Shown piece after piece: positions 1 to 9,215 of a stretch of 57,378 nucleotides of DNA. The DNA comes from Gammaproteobacteria bacterium (GTDB lineage Bacteria; Pseudomonadota; Gammaproteobacteria; JAKDMP01), in the NCBI GenBank assembly GCA_050739575.1, contig JBOIBN010000004.1, forward strand, positions 1 through 57,378, read 5' to 3'. A program made the position numbers and the translations under genes. Numbering within the stretch: the stretch's first letter is position 1; each line of letters begins with the position of its first letter. The notes beneath the pieces were generated by a model. The model saw only the letters and a program-made list of their open reading frames with translations, was not told the DNA's origin and searched no databases.

Positions 1-1023
1 GTCGCCGCTCTGCTGCATCGCCAAACCCTGGGTCTTGAGAATGATGGCGAGCGCCTGGTCCCAGGGCACGTCGTGCAGGCGCAGCGTGATGTTGCCGCTC
101 ACGCTGCCCGACACCACGATGTTCTTGTCCGTGAAATCAGCCAGTATCTGCAGCACCGCGCGTACCGGGATATTCTGGAAATTGAGCGTAAGTTTATTGC
201 CTGTATAGTGCCGGTTTCCGCTCGCGGCAAGCTGTTGCGGCGTGACCGGTCTAAGGTCCACCGCAAAGTGGTTATTCGCCTGAAAAGCCTGCTGCTCGAA
301 TTCGCCGGTTCCTTCGATGACCACTTGGGCGCCCGTCGGAGTCTGACGAGCGGTAACCGTGGTCACCGGGGTCGCAAAATCCGTCACATTCAGGCGTTCC
401 TGGAGCTGCGGCGGGATCACTGTACCGGGAAAGTTGACGATGACGCTCTTGCCCTCCTGGACCACGCTGCCGCTGACCGCGGAGCTGGAAAGGGAAATGG
501 AGACTCGTCCGGCCCCATCGGGAGTGCGATGAAATTGGAGATCGGTGATCGCGAGCGCAGTGCCGGCAGAAGGAGCAGTGCTCGCGACGGCGCCCTGCCC
601 TCCGGTCTGCCCTCCGGCGCCCACGGTTACGTAAATATGATCTCCCTGCACCCGCGTCTGATACGGGACCATCGCGCCCAAGTTGAGAAGAACCCTTACC
701 CGCCCGTTGACCGCGACCGTCTGGATGCCGGTCAGTACGCCGGCGTTCACGCTCTGGTTGCGCTCATCGTTTGGAAGCCCCAGACCCGTACCTTCAAGGT
801 CGAGCACGATGGCCGCCGGCTGGTTGACGCTGTAGCTGAGCGGCTTGGACGCCGTCTGACTCAGTACAAGATCAACCTCCACCCCGCCGCCTGTGAGCGT
901 AACGGTCCTGATTGAGGTCAGCAATCGCGAGGGCGCAGCGGACTGTGCGTCGGCTTGGCCTGCCGCCGCAATCATAAGCGCCGCGATTAGCGCTCCCGCA
1001 AATCCTGTACGAGCCTTGTGCAT
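1..1023 (-). CDS. pilQ: Type IV pilus secretin PilQ, N-terminal part (3' end lies beyond the window start)
   Basis: Absent from the ORF track because it runs off the window. My minus-strand translation from ATG (1023-1021) gives MHKARTGFAGALIAALMIAAAGQADAQ (signal peptide), then VEVDLVLSQTASKPLSYSVNQPAAIVLDLEGTGL (AMIN-like). At the window edge it gives DQALAIILKTQGLAMQQSGD, a typical secretin N-domain motif. It lies directly downstream of pilMNOP. Confidence 0.85.
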   Translation of the reverse strand, partial: MHKARTGFAGALIAALMIAAAGQADAQSAAPSRLLTSIRTVTLTGGGVEVDLVLSQTASKPLSYSVNQPAAIVLDLEGTGLGLPNDERNQSVNAGVLTGIQTVAVNGRVRVLLNLGAMVPYQTRVQGDHIYVTVGAGGQTGGQGAVASTAPSAGTALAITDLQFHRTPDGAGRVSISLSSSAVSGSVVQEGKSVIVNFPGTVIPPQLQERLNVTDFATPVTTVTARQTPTGAQVVIEGTGEFEQQAFQANNHFAVDLRPVTPQQLAASGNRHYTGNKLTLNFQNIPVRAVLQILADFTDKNIVVSGSVSGNITLRLHDVPWDQALAIILKTQGLAMQQSGD

Positions 1024-1027
1024 GATG

Positions 1028-1555
1028 CTAGCCTCCTGATTGCTGCCCGAGCGAGAGCGAAGCCGGGCGCTCGACCCAGCCGCCCGTGCCATCCGGCACG
1101 ATCTCGCTGATTTCGATCTCCGATGGCGTAACGGCGACGATCCGGCCGTTATTCTGACCGAGATAGTTGCCGACAGTGACGCGGCTCACCAGCCCATGCG
1201 GATCTATAATCAAGGCATAGGTTTGCCCGCCGAACCCGAGTTCGCCGACCAGCTTGAGGGCGTCCAACGGGAATTGTTCGAGATATTCCTTTTGCCGCCC
1301 CGGCTCGGGACGGACGCCGCCTGTACCGGGCTTATTGACCGGAAGAAAGGGCGAACGCATATTCTGATCCGCCCAGGTGTAGGTTTGATAAGGCTGCGGT
1401 TGGGGAATCGGCGGAATCGGCGGACCCGGCCGCGCATCAACGCTCGCAACCCACTCCCTGAGATCGCCGAAATGGTCTCCACTGCAACCGGCAAGTACTG
1501 TGGCAAACGCTGCAAGCGCGAGAAGAGGAATCCATTTGATTTGGGGCGAACTCAA
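1028..1555 (-). CDS. pilP: Type IV pilus assembly lipoprotein PilP
   Basis: 175 aa with a lipobox (LAGCSG) after a signal peptide. Fourth gene of the pilMNOPQ order; its start overlaps the pilO stop by 4 nt. Confidence 0.85.
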   Translation of the reverse strand: MSSPQIKWIPLLALAAFATVLAGCSGDHFGDLREWVASVDARPGPPIPPIPQPQPYQTYTWADQNMRSPFLPVNKPGTGGVRPEPGRQKEYLEQFPLDALKLVGELGFGGQTYALIIDPHGLVSRVTVGNYLGQNNGRIVAVTPSEIEISEIVPDGTGGWVERPASLSLGQQSGG

Positions 1556-2196
1556 TGCTTGCCTCCCTTCTTGCCCGGGCTTTGCGCAAGCTGCTCGGAC
1601 TCGCTCAGATAACGGTACGTCATGGCCGTCACCTTAAAGTCCAGTTGCGAGCCCTCGTCTTTTTTCACGGGCTGCAGGGAAAAGTCCTGCAGCGTCACGA
1701 TGCGCGACAACGACGAAACGTCGCTCACGAATCTCGCCACCTGCTGGTAGCTGCCGGTGTATTCCATTGAGATCGGCTTTTCGGCGTAAAAGTCCATGCG
1801 ATGCTCCGTCTCGGGCTGGAACAACTTCTGCGCAAGGCCGTCCTCCTGCGCGGTTTGCGAGATGTCGCGCAGCAGGCTGTCCATCTCGCTTTTGCTCGGC
1901 AGTTTCTGCAACAGCGTGCCGAAGGTTTTGCGCATCTCGGCAAGCTGGTTCTGATAGGCGGCGAGATTGGCCACCAGACGTTGTTTTTGCTGGTACTGCT
2001 GCTTGAGTTGAACTTCCTGTTGCCGGGCCGCATTGAGATCGGCGATCTTCCCGCGCACGAAGCCGAAGTAGCCGATAGCGAGCACTACGATCAGAACCAC
2101 GCCCAGCAGAACGGCGCGCCCGGCAACCGGCCAGTCGCCCACGTTCCTGAAACTCAGGTCGCGGAGGTCGAGGTTTCTGAATTCATCGAAGGTCAT
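1552..2196 (-). CDS. pilO: Type IV pilus assembly protein PilO
   Basis: 214 aa with one N-terminal TM segment followed by a coiled-coil (QQYQQKQRLVANLAAYQNQLAEM). Positioned between pilN and pilP with 4-nt overlaps on both sides. Confidence 0.85.
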   Translation of the reverse strand: MTFDEFRNLDLRDLSFRNVGDWPVAGRAVLLGVVLIVVLAIGYFGFVRGKIADLNAARQQEVQLKQQYQQKQRLVANLAAYQNQLAEMRKTFGTLLQKLPSKSEMDSLLRDISQTAQEDGLAQKLFQPETEHRMDFYAEKPISMEYTGSYQQVARFVSDVSSLSRIVTLQDFSLQPVKKDEGSQLDFKVTAMTYRYLSESEQLAQSPGKKGGKH

Positions 2197-2774
2197 GGCT
2201 TGCCCGCCCTGGCATTACCGCCATCGTCCTGCTGCGATCCCGCAACGCTGGTCGTCACGGCGAAGTCGCTGCTCTTCTCGTTGCCGTTAGTGTAGGTGCG
2301 CACGATCTCGAGATTCGGGGCACCCAGCCAGGGTGAACCCGCGATTTTCTGCATATAGGTGGATACCGCAGCGGGCGATTGCGCAGTTCCGGTTATCTTG
2401 AGCTTGCCGCCGGTATCGGTGATCGCGCTCAGGTACAAACCGTCGGGCACCGTGCGCACCAATTGATCGAAGAGATGCACGGCTGTCGGTCGGCTCTGTT
2501 CGAGTTGTTCGATGATCTTCATGCGGGCAAGCAATGCGTCCCGCGTTTGCTTCAAGGTGCGAATGGTCGCGATCTGCTTGTCGAGCTTCGCAATCTGGCC
2601 CCTCAGATAGACATTGCGCGCCTGTTGCCCGTCAACCGCGCTCGATACACTCCGGTCGGTCCAGAATACGATTACGATTCCGATCAGCACGCTCAGTGCC
2701 AACATCAGCAAAAACTGCCGGCGACGTTCCCGCCGCCGCCACTCGCGCCAAGGCAGCAGATTGATGCGCGTCAT
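2193..2774 (-). CDS. pilN: Type IV pilus assembly protein PilN
   Basis: 193 aa starting MTRINLLPWREWRRRERRR (the conserved INLLP motif) followed by a TM segment. Lies between pilM and pilO. Confidence 0.88.
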   Translation of the reverse strand: MTRINLLPWREWRRRERRRQFLLMLALSVLIGIVIVFWTDRSVSSAVDGQQARNVYLRGQIAKLDKQIATIRTLKQTRDALLARMKIIEQLEQSRPTAVHLFDQLVRTVPDGLYLSAITDTGGKLKITGTAQSPAAVSTYMQKIAGSPWLGAPNLEIVRTYTNGNEKSSDFAVTTSVAGSQQDDGGNARAGKP

Positions 2775-3835
2775 CAGTCGAAGCTCCGGAGCGCCAGTCC
2801 GCAGGCAATCATGAGCGCCGGGGCGTCGCGCTCGACCCCTTGCGCCCGGGCGCGAGGGCTCAGTTGAAGCTCACCAAGAGGATTAGCCGTGCTCACGGGC
2901 TTGCCGATCTGCGCCGTGATCCGCTCGTTTGCGCCCGGAATCGAGGCGCACCCGCCGCAGATCACGACCTGGTCCACACCGACGTGCTCCGTGGTGGAGG
3001 CCAGGAAAAACTGCAACGCACGATTTATCTGCCGCCCCATATCGTTCACGAAGGGTTCGAGCACCTCCTCTCGATAGTCCTGCGGCAACTCATCCCCGTA
3101 CAGATCTCGAACCGCGTCCTCGTAGGGTGCATCGTAGCGGCGCATGAACTCCTCAGTCAGCTGTCGCCCACCGAACGCCTGGTCTCGCGTATAAACAATC
3201 CGGTTGTCGTGGAAAAAGCTGAAATTGGTGCTGTTGGCGCCAAAGTCCGCGAAGGCGGTGACGACCCCGGATCCCGCCTCCGGAAGTTGACTGTGGATGA
3301 GCCCGTAGGCATTCTCGAGCGCGAATACTTCGCAATCCATGATCCGCGCGTTCAGGCCGGCGATCTCAAGGATTGCCTGGCGATGCTCGATGTTGTCCCT
3401 GCGCGCAGCAACCAGAAGCACATCCACGGAATCGAGTTGTCTCGCGCTGGGGCCGAGAACCTCGAAGTCCCAAGCCACCTCTTCGAGCGGGTAGGGAACA
3501 TGGCGCGCCGCGAGGACTTCGATCTGCTCCTCCTGTTCGCGCGTCGTGAGCCCGGCCGGAAGCTGGAGGGTACGGATGATCGCATTGGCGGCACCGATCG
3601 CCATCGCGACGTTCTTGAGCCCGCTTCCCGAACGCTGGTAGGCGCGGCGTACCGCAAGCCCGACCGTTTCGACATCCGCGACGGCCTGCTCGGCGGCGGT
3701 GTTCGGCGACAGCAATTCGACCGCGTAGCTCTCGACGCGGTACGATAATCCTTCCCTGGCCAGTTCGACGAGCCGCACGCTGGAGGTGCTGACGTCGAGC
3801 CCGAGGACGGGCCGGGATTTTAGCTTATGCTCCAC
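2774..3835 (-). CDS. pilM: Type IV pilus assembly ATPase-fold protein PilM
   Basis: 353 aa, actin-like fold protein (LGLDVSTSSVRLVEL). First gene of the pil operon and divergent from the PBP1A gene, the classic arrangement in Pseudomonas-like genomes. Confidence 0.9.
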   Translation of the reverse strand: MEHKLKSRPVLGLDVSTSSVRLVELAREGLSYRVESYAVELLSPNTAAEQAVADVETVGLAVRRAYQRSGSGLKNVAMAIGAANAIIRTLQLPAGLTTREQEEQIEVLAARHVPYPLEEVAWDFEVLGPSARQLDSVDVLLVAARRDNIEHRQAILEIAGLNARIMDCEVFALENAYGLIHSQLPEAGSGVVTAFADFGANSTNFSFFHDNRIVYTRDQAFGGRQLTEEFMRRYDAPYEDAVRDLYGDELPQDYREEVLEPFVNDMGRQINRALQFFLASTTEHVGVDQVVICGGCASIPGANERITAQIGKPVSTANPLGELQLSPRARAQGVERDAPALMIACGLALRSFD

Positions 3836-3962
3836 GGTCTGATCACTGAACGACGCCCCTCGGCAAAGTTTCTGCCCCCGTGCCGTGCGAGCACTATATA
3901 ACTTCTATTATGGATGTCAAGTCGGTGCCAGAAGAATCGTCCGAATTTTGGGGTAGGCGGCC

Positions 3963-6437
3963 GTGAACTGGCGCCGGCGTCTTTTGCGCTATCTGCTGGT
4001 CGGGGTCGCCGGCCTCGGGCTCCTCGGGCTCCTTGTCCTGACCGGTCCCTACTTCTATATCTCCTCCAGCCTGCCTTCGGTCGCCGTCCTCAAGGACATT
4101 CACCTGCAGGTGCCGCTCAGAGTCTACACCCGCGACGGCAAACTGATGGCGATGTACGGGGACCAGCTGCGCATCCCACTCAACTACGACCAGATTCCGC
4201 CGCTGCTGGCCGAGGCCTTCATCGCCGCCGAGGACGACCGTTTCTTCGAACACCCGGGACTCGATCCGCGCAGTCTGAGCCGGGCGGGAATCAACCTTGT
4301 CCTGACGGGAACCAAGTCGCAGGGCGCGAGCACGATCACCATGCAGCTCGCACGCAACTTCTTCCTGTCCCCCCAGAAACTCTATATCCGCAAGGCGCGC
4401 GAAATCTTCCTGGCCCTGCAGATCGAACACGAGCTTTCCAAGGAAGACATCCTTAGCCTTTACCTCAACAAGATTTATCTCGGCAATCACGCCTACGGCA
4501 TCGGTGCGGCGTCCGAAGTCTATTACGGCAAGGACGTCTGGCAGCTCGACCTTGCGCAGATCGCCATGATCGCCGGGTTGCCCCAGGCACCGTCCACCCA
4601 CAATCCGATCATCGACCCTCAGGGAGCGCTGAATCGCCGTGCCTACGTCCTTGGGCGGATGCGCGATCTGGGCTACATTGACCAAGTGGCCTACCAGCGC
4701 GCCATGGCGGAACCGGTCACGGCACGCCGGCACGCCGCGCAAGTGACGGTGCAAGCACCCTATGTCGGCGAAATGGTGCGCAGCTACATGGTGAGCCATT
4801 ATGGAGAGTCCGCTTATACCGCCGGCTACCGCGTGACCACCACGATAGACTCGCAACTCGAACGGGAGGCCCGCACAGCCGTAAACTGGAACCTCGAACG
4901 TTTCGATCGCGAGCATGGCTGGCGCGGACCGCTGCGTCGGGCGCCTCTGCCCGTCGGCGCCGGCGACGACGCGCTGAATCACGCGCTTGCCGGGCTCCAC
5001 CCTGTGGAGAATCTCGTTCCCGGCGTCATTACCGCGGTCGGCGACAAGTCAGTCGGGGTCTTTCTCGCAGGCTACGGCGACGTCAAGATTGATTGGCCGG
5101 GTTTGCAATGGGCGGCGGGCAAGGCTACGACAGCGGACGACTTTCTTAAACGCGGCGACGTAATTTACGCCAGCCTGGGCAAGAAGGATTGGCAACTCGC
5201 CCAGCTGCCCGAGGTCGAAGGTGCGCTGGTCGCACTCGATCCCTACGACGGCGCCATCGTCGCGCTCGACGGCGGGTTCGCCTTCGGCCGCAGCAAGTTC
5301 AATCGCGCCATTCAGGCGCACCGCCAACTCGGCTCCTCGTTCAAGCCCTTCGTGTATTCCGCCGCGCTCCAGTACGGCATGACGCCAGCGACCCTGGTTT
5401 CCAACGCCCCGTTCGTGACCGTAGCCAACCCCGCGCTCGCCAATCTTTGGCGACCTGAGAATTACGAACGCGAAACCTCTGGCATGATGCGCCTGCGAGA
5501 AGGTCTGGTGCATTCGGTCAACATCGTTTCGGTGCGTGTGCTCGAACATACCGGCCTGCGCCGAACGCTGGCCTGGACCCGACGGTTCGGATTCGATCCC
5601 GAGGAGTTGCCGCACAATCTCACGCTCGCTCTCGGCAGCGCCAGCCTGACCCCGCTCTCGATGGCCCGCGGCTATGCGGTATTCGCCAACGGGGGCTTCC
5701 TGGTGCGTCCGTACTTTATCCAGCGGATCGAAGGACCGGGCGGCAATGAACTGGCACTTGCGCATCCATGGATCGCCTGTGCGCAATGCACGACGGACGC
5801 CGCAAAGGCCGACGCGGTGGCGGCCAATGCAGCAGTTGCCTCAAGCGCACCGGGAGAACCGGAGAAGGTGCCGCCACCCGCTTCGGCAGCACATGCCGCC
5901 GCTGACGCGCTTGAGCATTCTGCCGTGTTGCTCAACCGCTCGCCGGAAAACATCCGGCTCGCGCCGCGCACGATCAGCGCACAAAATGCATATCTGATGA
6001 CAAGTATGCTTCAGAGCGTGATCGAACGCGGAACCGGCACCCCGGCGCGCGCGCTCGGGCGCAGCGATATCGGCGGCAAAACCGGCACCACCAACGATTT
6101 TTCAAACGCCTGGTTCGACGGCTTCTCCCCGCGTCTGGTTACCGTCACATGGGTCGGCTACGATCAACCGCATACACTCGGCAAGGGCCAAACCGGCTCA
6201 CGAGCAGCGCTGCCCATGTGGATCAAGTTCATGGGTCAGGCGCTCAACAAGGTCCCCGATACTCCCTGGTCCATGCCGGCGGGGATTGTGACGGTGCGCA
6301 TTGATTCGCAGACGGGGCTACGCAGCGCCCCTGGCGATCCGAACGCGATGTGGGAGATATTCCGCGAAGACAAAGTACCGCCGCTTAGTCAGCCTCAGCA
6401 ACTGCCCAGCCTTTATGGGGGCAGCGGCGGCGGATGA
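3963..6437 (+). CDS. mrcA: Penicillin-binding protein 1A (bifunctional glycosyltransferase/transpeptidase)
   Basis: 824 aa with an N-terminal TM segment. Glycosyltransferase motifs: EDDRFFEHPG and GASTITMQ. Transpeptidase motifs: SSFKP (SxxK), SVN, KTGTT. Starts with GTG. Confidence 0.95.
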   Translation: MNWRRRLLRYLLVGVAGLGLLGLLVLTGPYFYISSSLPSVAVLKDIHLQVPLRVYTRDGKLMAMYGDQLRIPLNYDQIPPLLAEAFIAAEDDRFFEHPGLDPRSLSRAGINLVLTGTKSQGASTITMQLARNFFLSPQKLYIRKAREIFLALQIEHELSKEDILSLYLNKIYLGNHAYGIGAASEVYYGKDVWQLDLAQIAMIAGLPQAPSTHNPIIDPQGALNRRAYVLGRMRDLGYIDQVAYQRAMAEPVTARRHAAQVTVQAPYVGEMVRSYMVSHYGESAYTAGYRVTTTIDSQLEREARTAVNWNLERFDREHGWRGPLRRAPLPVGAGDDALNHALAGLHPVENLVPGVITAVGDKSVGVFLAGYGDVKIDWPGLQWAAGKATTADDFLKRGDVIYASLGKKDWQLAQLPEVEGALVALDPYDGAIVALDGGFAFGRSKFNRAIQAHRQLGSSFKPFVYSAALQYGMTPATLVSNAPFVTVANPALANLWRPENYERETSGMMRLREGLVHSVNIVSVRVLEHTGLRRTLAWTRRFGFDPEELPHNLTLALGSASLTPLSMARGYAVFANGGFLVRPYFIQRIEGPGGNELALAHPWIACAQCTTDAAKADAVAANAAVASSAPGEPEKVPPPASAAHAAADALEHSAVLLNRSPENIRLAPRTISAQNAYLMTSMLQSVIERGTGTPARALGRSDIGGKTGTTNDFSNAWFDGFSPRLVTVTWVGYDQPHTLGKGQTGSRAALPMWIKFMGQALNKVPDTPWSMPAGIVTVRIDSQTGLRSAPGDPNAMWEIFREDKVPPLSQPQQLPSLYGGSGGG

Positions 6438-7051
6438 AATCGCAACACACCCGTCAACTGCTCGCCCGCGAGGCGGCACGAATCATGGCCGAGGAAGGGC
6501 GACGCGATTATCTCGCGGCGAAGCGCAAGGCCGCGGAGCGGCTCCGCATTGCGCCGAAGTATCTGCCGACGAACCGCGAAGTCATGAGCGCACTTATCGA
6601 ACACCAGCAGTTGTTCGAAGCGCCCCAGCAAAGCGAACGTCTGACCCGTTTGCGTGGCGGTGCGCTTGCCGCCATGGATGCGCTGGCGGAATTCCAAATT
6701 CGCGCCGTCGGAGCGGCAACCGGCGAGATTGCAACCGCTCACGCCCTGATCGAACTGCACGTTTTCGTGGATCCACCCGAGGCGTTCGCTTTTCGACTCA
6801 ACGATATCGCTCTCGCCTACAAGGAAAGCGAGCGGCACCTGCGCTGGGGCGGTGGACGTACCCGCGCGGTACCCTCCTTCCTTTTCGTGTTGGACCAGCA
6901 ACCGATTGAGACACTGGTCTTTGCGGCAAACGATCTGCGCGAAGCACCCACCGATCCTGCCAACGGCCGCCCCATGCGCCGACTGACGCGCGCTGCGCTC
7001 GAAAAACTACTCCCCGCGTCGCAGAGGCGGGGATCCGTTACGATCCCTTAG
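6434..7051 (+). CDS. Hypothetical cytoplasmic protein, translationally coupled to mrcA
   Basis: 205 aa with no signal peptide or TM segment. Its ATG overlaps the mrcA TGA (ATGA at 6434-6437). GC-rich codon usage like its neighbours. I recognise no family motif. Confidence 0.6.
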   Translation: MKSQHTRQLLAREAARIMAEEGRRDYLAAKRKAAERLRIAPKYLPTNREVMSALIEHQQLFEAPQQSERLTRLRGGALAAMDALAEFQIRAVGAATGEIATAHALIELHVFVDPPEAFAFRLNDIALAYKESERHLRWGGGRTRAVPSFLFVLDQQPIETLVFAANDLREAPTDPANGRPMRRLTRAALEKLLPASQRRGSVTIP

Positions 7052-7072
7052 CACGTCCCGAATCCCACGGGT

Positions 7073-8371
7073 CTAGCGCTTCGCGAGCGGCACGAACTCG
7101 CGCTCGGCGACGCCCGTATAGAGTTGGCGAGGTCGGCCGATGCGCATTCCGGGGTCCGCAAGCATTTCCTGCCAGTTCGCGACCCAGCCCACTGCGCGCG
7201 CGATCGCGAACATGACAGTGAACATGTCGGTCGGGATGCCGAGCGCCTTGTAGATAAGACCGGAGTAAAAGTCCACGTTCGGATACAGCTTGTGTTCGAC
7301 GAAATAGTCGTCTCTGAGCGCGATCTCCTCCAGCGCGAGCGCGAGTTCGAGCAACGGCTCGTCGGTGCCGCCCAGGCTTTCGAGTACCTCGTGCGTCATC
7401 TTGCGGATGATTTTCGCACGCGGGTCGTAATTCTTGTACACGCGATGGCCGAAACCCATGAGCCGGAATGGGTCGTCCTTGTCCTTGGCGCGAGCCACGT
7501 ATTTGTCGATGTTTTTCACCGAGCCAATCCCGGTCAGCATCTTGAGCACGGCCTCGTTCGCGCCACCGTGTGCCGGCCCCCACAGGCATGCGATCCCCGC
7601 CGAGATCGCGGCATAGGGATTGGTGCCGGAACTTCCGGCCAGGCGCACGGTTGAGGTGCTTGCATTCTGTTCATGGTCCGCGTGAAGAATGAACAGAAGG
7701 TCCAGCGCCCGTGCCGCAATCGGATTTACCGCGTAAGCCTCGCTCGGAACAGCGAACAGCATTTGCAGCAGGTTCTCCGCGTAGCCTAGATCGTTGCGCG
7801 GATACATAAAGCGCTGACCGACCATGTGCTTATAGGCGGCGGCGGCAATCGTCGGCATTTTCGCAATGATACGTGTGGCGAAAATTTCGCGATCCCCGGC
7901 ATCACGGATGTTGGTGGTGTCGTGATAGAAAGCGGAGAGCGACGCCACGACGGCGGTCAGCATGGCCATCGGGTGCGCATTTGGGTGAAATCCTTCGAAA
8001 AAGCGCAACACGAACTCGTTCACCAGCGTGTGATGGCGAATCTCATCGGCAAAACCTTCGAGTTCGTCGCCGGTCGGCAATTCTCCGTTCAGAAGCAGAT
8101 AGGCGACCTCGACGAAGTTGCAGTGTTCGGCCAAGGCCTCGATCGGGTAGCCGCGATAAAGCAGCACCCCCTGCTCGCCGTCAATATAGGTGATGGCGCT
8201 CTCGCAGCTCGCGGTCGAGACGAAGCCGGGATCGAAAGTGAAAACGCCCTGTTCACGGTAGAGGTTCGAGATATCGAGCGCCACCGGACCAAGTGTCGGG
8301 CGTCGTGCCTCGAGTGTCAGCCGTTTGCCCTCCGGCGGAACGAGTGCGTAACTCTGGGGTTTATCCGGCAT
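7073..8371 (-). CDS. gltA: Citrate synthase (type II)
   Basis: [14 protein letters not shown] and other citrate synthase signatures. I prefer the internal ATG at 8371 (MPDKPQSY..., 432 aa) because it is preceded by AAGGA, whereas the track start at 8473 adds a Pro/Ala-rich 34-aa extension. Confidence 0.93.
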   Translation of the reverse strand: MPDKPQSYALVPPEGKRLTLEARRPTLGPVALDISNLYREQGVFTFDPGFVSTASCESAITYIDGEQGVLLYRGYPIEALAEHCNFVEVAYLLLNGELPTGDELEGFADEIRHHTLVNEFVLRFFEGFHPNAHPMAMLTAVVASLSAFYHDTTNIRDAGDREIFATRIIAKMPTIAAAAYKHMVGQRFMYPRNDLGYAENLLQMLFAVPSEAYAVNPIAARALDLLFILHADHEQNASTSTVRLAGSSGTNPYAAISAGIACLWGPAHGGANEAVLKMLTGIGSVKNIDKYVARAKDKDDPFRLMGFGHRVYKNYDPRAKIIRKMTHEVLESLGGTDEPLLELALALEEIALRDDYFVEHKLYPNVDFYSGLIYKALGIPTDMFTVMFAIARAVGWVANWQEMLADPGMRIGRPRQLYTGVAEREFVPLAKR

Positions 8372-8545
8372 CTTGATTTCCTTACTTGGCCCGCAACCTG
8401 CGGCGGCCGGAAACGCTGGACGCGAGGCTGGCAGGGCTGGTCGGTCTGCTGGAGGGTCGGCCTTGACCGACACGAATTGGTTAATTATAACCGTTTAGCA
8501 CGCTGAAGTCGTACAAAGTACGCACCGAACGCCGTGCGGAGCTTA

Positions 8546-8755
8546 TCAGTTCGGAGGGGCTCCGTACTTACGACGGAATTTGTCCACGCGCCCTGCGGTG
8601 TCTACGATTTTCTGCTTACCGGTGTAAAACGGATGGCAGGCGGAACAGACCTCGACATGGAGGTCATGGTCAAGGGTCGAACGGGTGGTGAAGCTATTCC
8701 CGCAGCTGCAGGTCACCTTGATTTCCTGGTAGGCGGGATGGGTGTCTTGTTTCAT
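8546..8755 (-). CDS. rpmE: 50S ribosomal protein L31
   Basis: [28 protein letters not shown]...[13 protein letters not shown] is a canonical zinc-ribbon L31. Start taken at the internal Met (8755), not the track start at 8830. Confidence 0.93.
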   Translation of the reverse strand: MKQDTHPAYQEIKVTCSCGNSFTTRSTLDHDLHVEVCSACHPFYTGKQKIVDTAGRVDKFRRKYGAPPN

Positions 8756-8947
8756 GTTCACTGGCAATCTCGATAGTGATGTAAATTTTAACATCCCGTG
8801 GAAGTCCCCCGGATGCTGCCAGGCGATCAATGGCGGCGTCCGCTGCTCGCCGACGGGTCTCGGAATCGAACCGGCCCACTTTCCTCCATGCCAGACGCCT
8901 GTTCAGCTCCCTATGCTAAGCCTCTATTCCGGCGGACAAAACCGGAC

Positions 8948-9164
8948 TCTTCCACAGACCCTGTGGATAACTCTGTGGACGAAATGCGGACGCCGATATT
9001 GTGCCCCGTATTAAAAGCCTGCCGCTCTCAGATTGACCAATTTTTCACCAATCGAATTATCAACTATAAAATCAATGGCTTACAATACAAGGATCGGATT
9101 GCTTGGATATCGGCCGATCAGAGATCGGAGCCGATCGGAGACACCATCAGGCGACTGTGTATAA
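8948..9164. promoter_or_regulatory. Cluster of DnaA-box-like 9-mers with an IHF-consensus site and an AT-rich tract
   Basis: Matches to the DnaA box TGTGGATAA: perfect at 8962-8970; 8/9 at 9156-9164 (TGTGTATAA); 7/9 at 8974-8982 (TGTGGACGA); 7/9 in the opposite orientation at 8948-8956 (TCTTCCACA). AATCAATGGCTTA at 9070-9082 fits the IHF consensus WATCAANNNNTTR. An AT-rich tract spans about 9031-9090. Function is not established. Confidence 0.3.
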
Positions 9165-9215
9165 CCCCATGATTCTGCTCGATCCATAAGCGGATAGGGG
9201 TGGTAAATACAGCGC

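Noticed and set aside
73-915. 280-aa plus-strand ORF at the window start
   Set aside because: It is antisense to pilQ. The pilQ reading frame is open to the window edge and carries secretin and AMIN motifs.
8372-8473. N-terminal 34-aa extension of citrate synthase. The same type of extension occurs at accC 25605-25691, rpmE 8756-8830, thiC 32767-32841, kdsB 45321-45530, msbA 42448-42504 and rpmF 54598-54615.
   Set aside because: The extensions are not part of the conserved families. They overlap upstream genes or the riboswitch, and the internal starts give canonical N-termini.
8756-9215. Calling this spacer the chromosomal replication origin (oriC)
   Set aside because: It has only one perfect and one 8/9 DnaA box. 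No dnaA, gidA or mioC context is present, and flanking gene orientation does not switch cleanly. I kept it as a finding to be tested, not as an oriC feature.
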